64,000 bases of DNA from Octopus bimaculoides (taxonomy: Eukaryota), in the NCBI RefSeq assembly GCF_001194135.2, contig NC_068982.1, positions 11,444,951 to 11,508,950 on the forward strand. Reading direction: 5' to 3'. A program made the position numbers and the translations under genes. Position 1 is the stretch's first letter, and each line of letters opens with the position of its first letter. Below are positions 63,859 to 64,000 of the stretch, in pieces. Under the pieces are notes generated by a model, which ran no database searches, was not told the DNA's origin, and was given only the letters and a program-made list of their open reading frames with translations.

Positions 63859-63874
63859 TATTATTATTATTATT

Positions 63875-64000
63875 GAAGTGGTGAGCTAGCAGAATTGTTA
63901 GCATTTTGAACAAAATGCTTAGCAGCGATTCTGTCTCTTTACATTCTGAATACAAAATCCTGTTGAAATCAACTTTACTTTTCATCCTTTCAAGTGTTGA
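63875..64000 (+). mobile_element. SINE-B 5' part (cut by the window edge)
   Basis: gaagtggtgagctagcagaattgttagca...actttcatcc. Confidence 0.85.

Overview
AT-rich, repeat-dense eukaryotic non-coding DNA. The SINE and MITE repertoire suggests an octopus/coleoid cephalopod genome (inference). There are five assembly gaps. I could not support any host protein-coding exon with confidence: ORF-track entries are microsatellite or N artefacts, SINE read-through, or retrotransposon relics. Repeat families seen: SINE-A (tRNA head, CORE-like), SINE-B ((ATT)n tail), SINE-C, a (CAT)n-tailed non-autonomous element ('E'), and MITEs of Tc1/mariner-pogo, piggyBac and hAT type. LINE relics come from RTE, CR1, I/Jockey-group, CRE-like and R4/Dong-like clades, plus Penelope-like terminal repeats. 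Best leads: (1) a minimal type I hammerhead ribozyme fold at 152-188 in a Penelope-like repeat; (2) an R4/Dong-like fragment inside a (TAA)n tract; (3) three CRE-like restriction-like-endonuclease relics; (4) a 32-bp minisatellite born by fold-back; (5) three SINEs stacked at one 11-bp site; (6) a microhomology-flanked templated insertion; (7) several long hairpins; (8) a CpG-retaining domain at about 7.6-15.4 kb. Family labels A/B/C/E are mine. Relic boundaries are approximate, and everything was read by eye without database searches.
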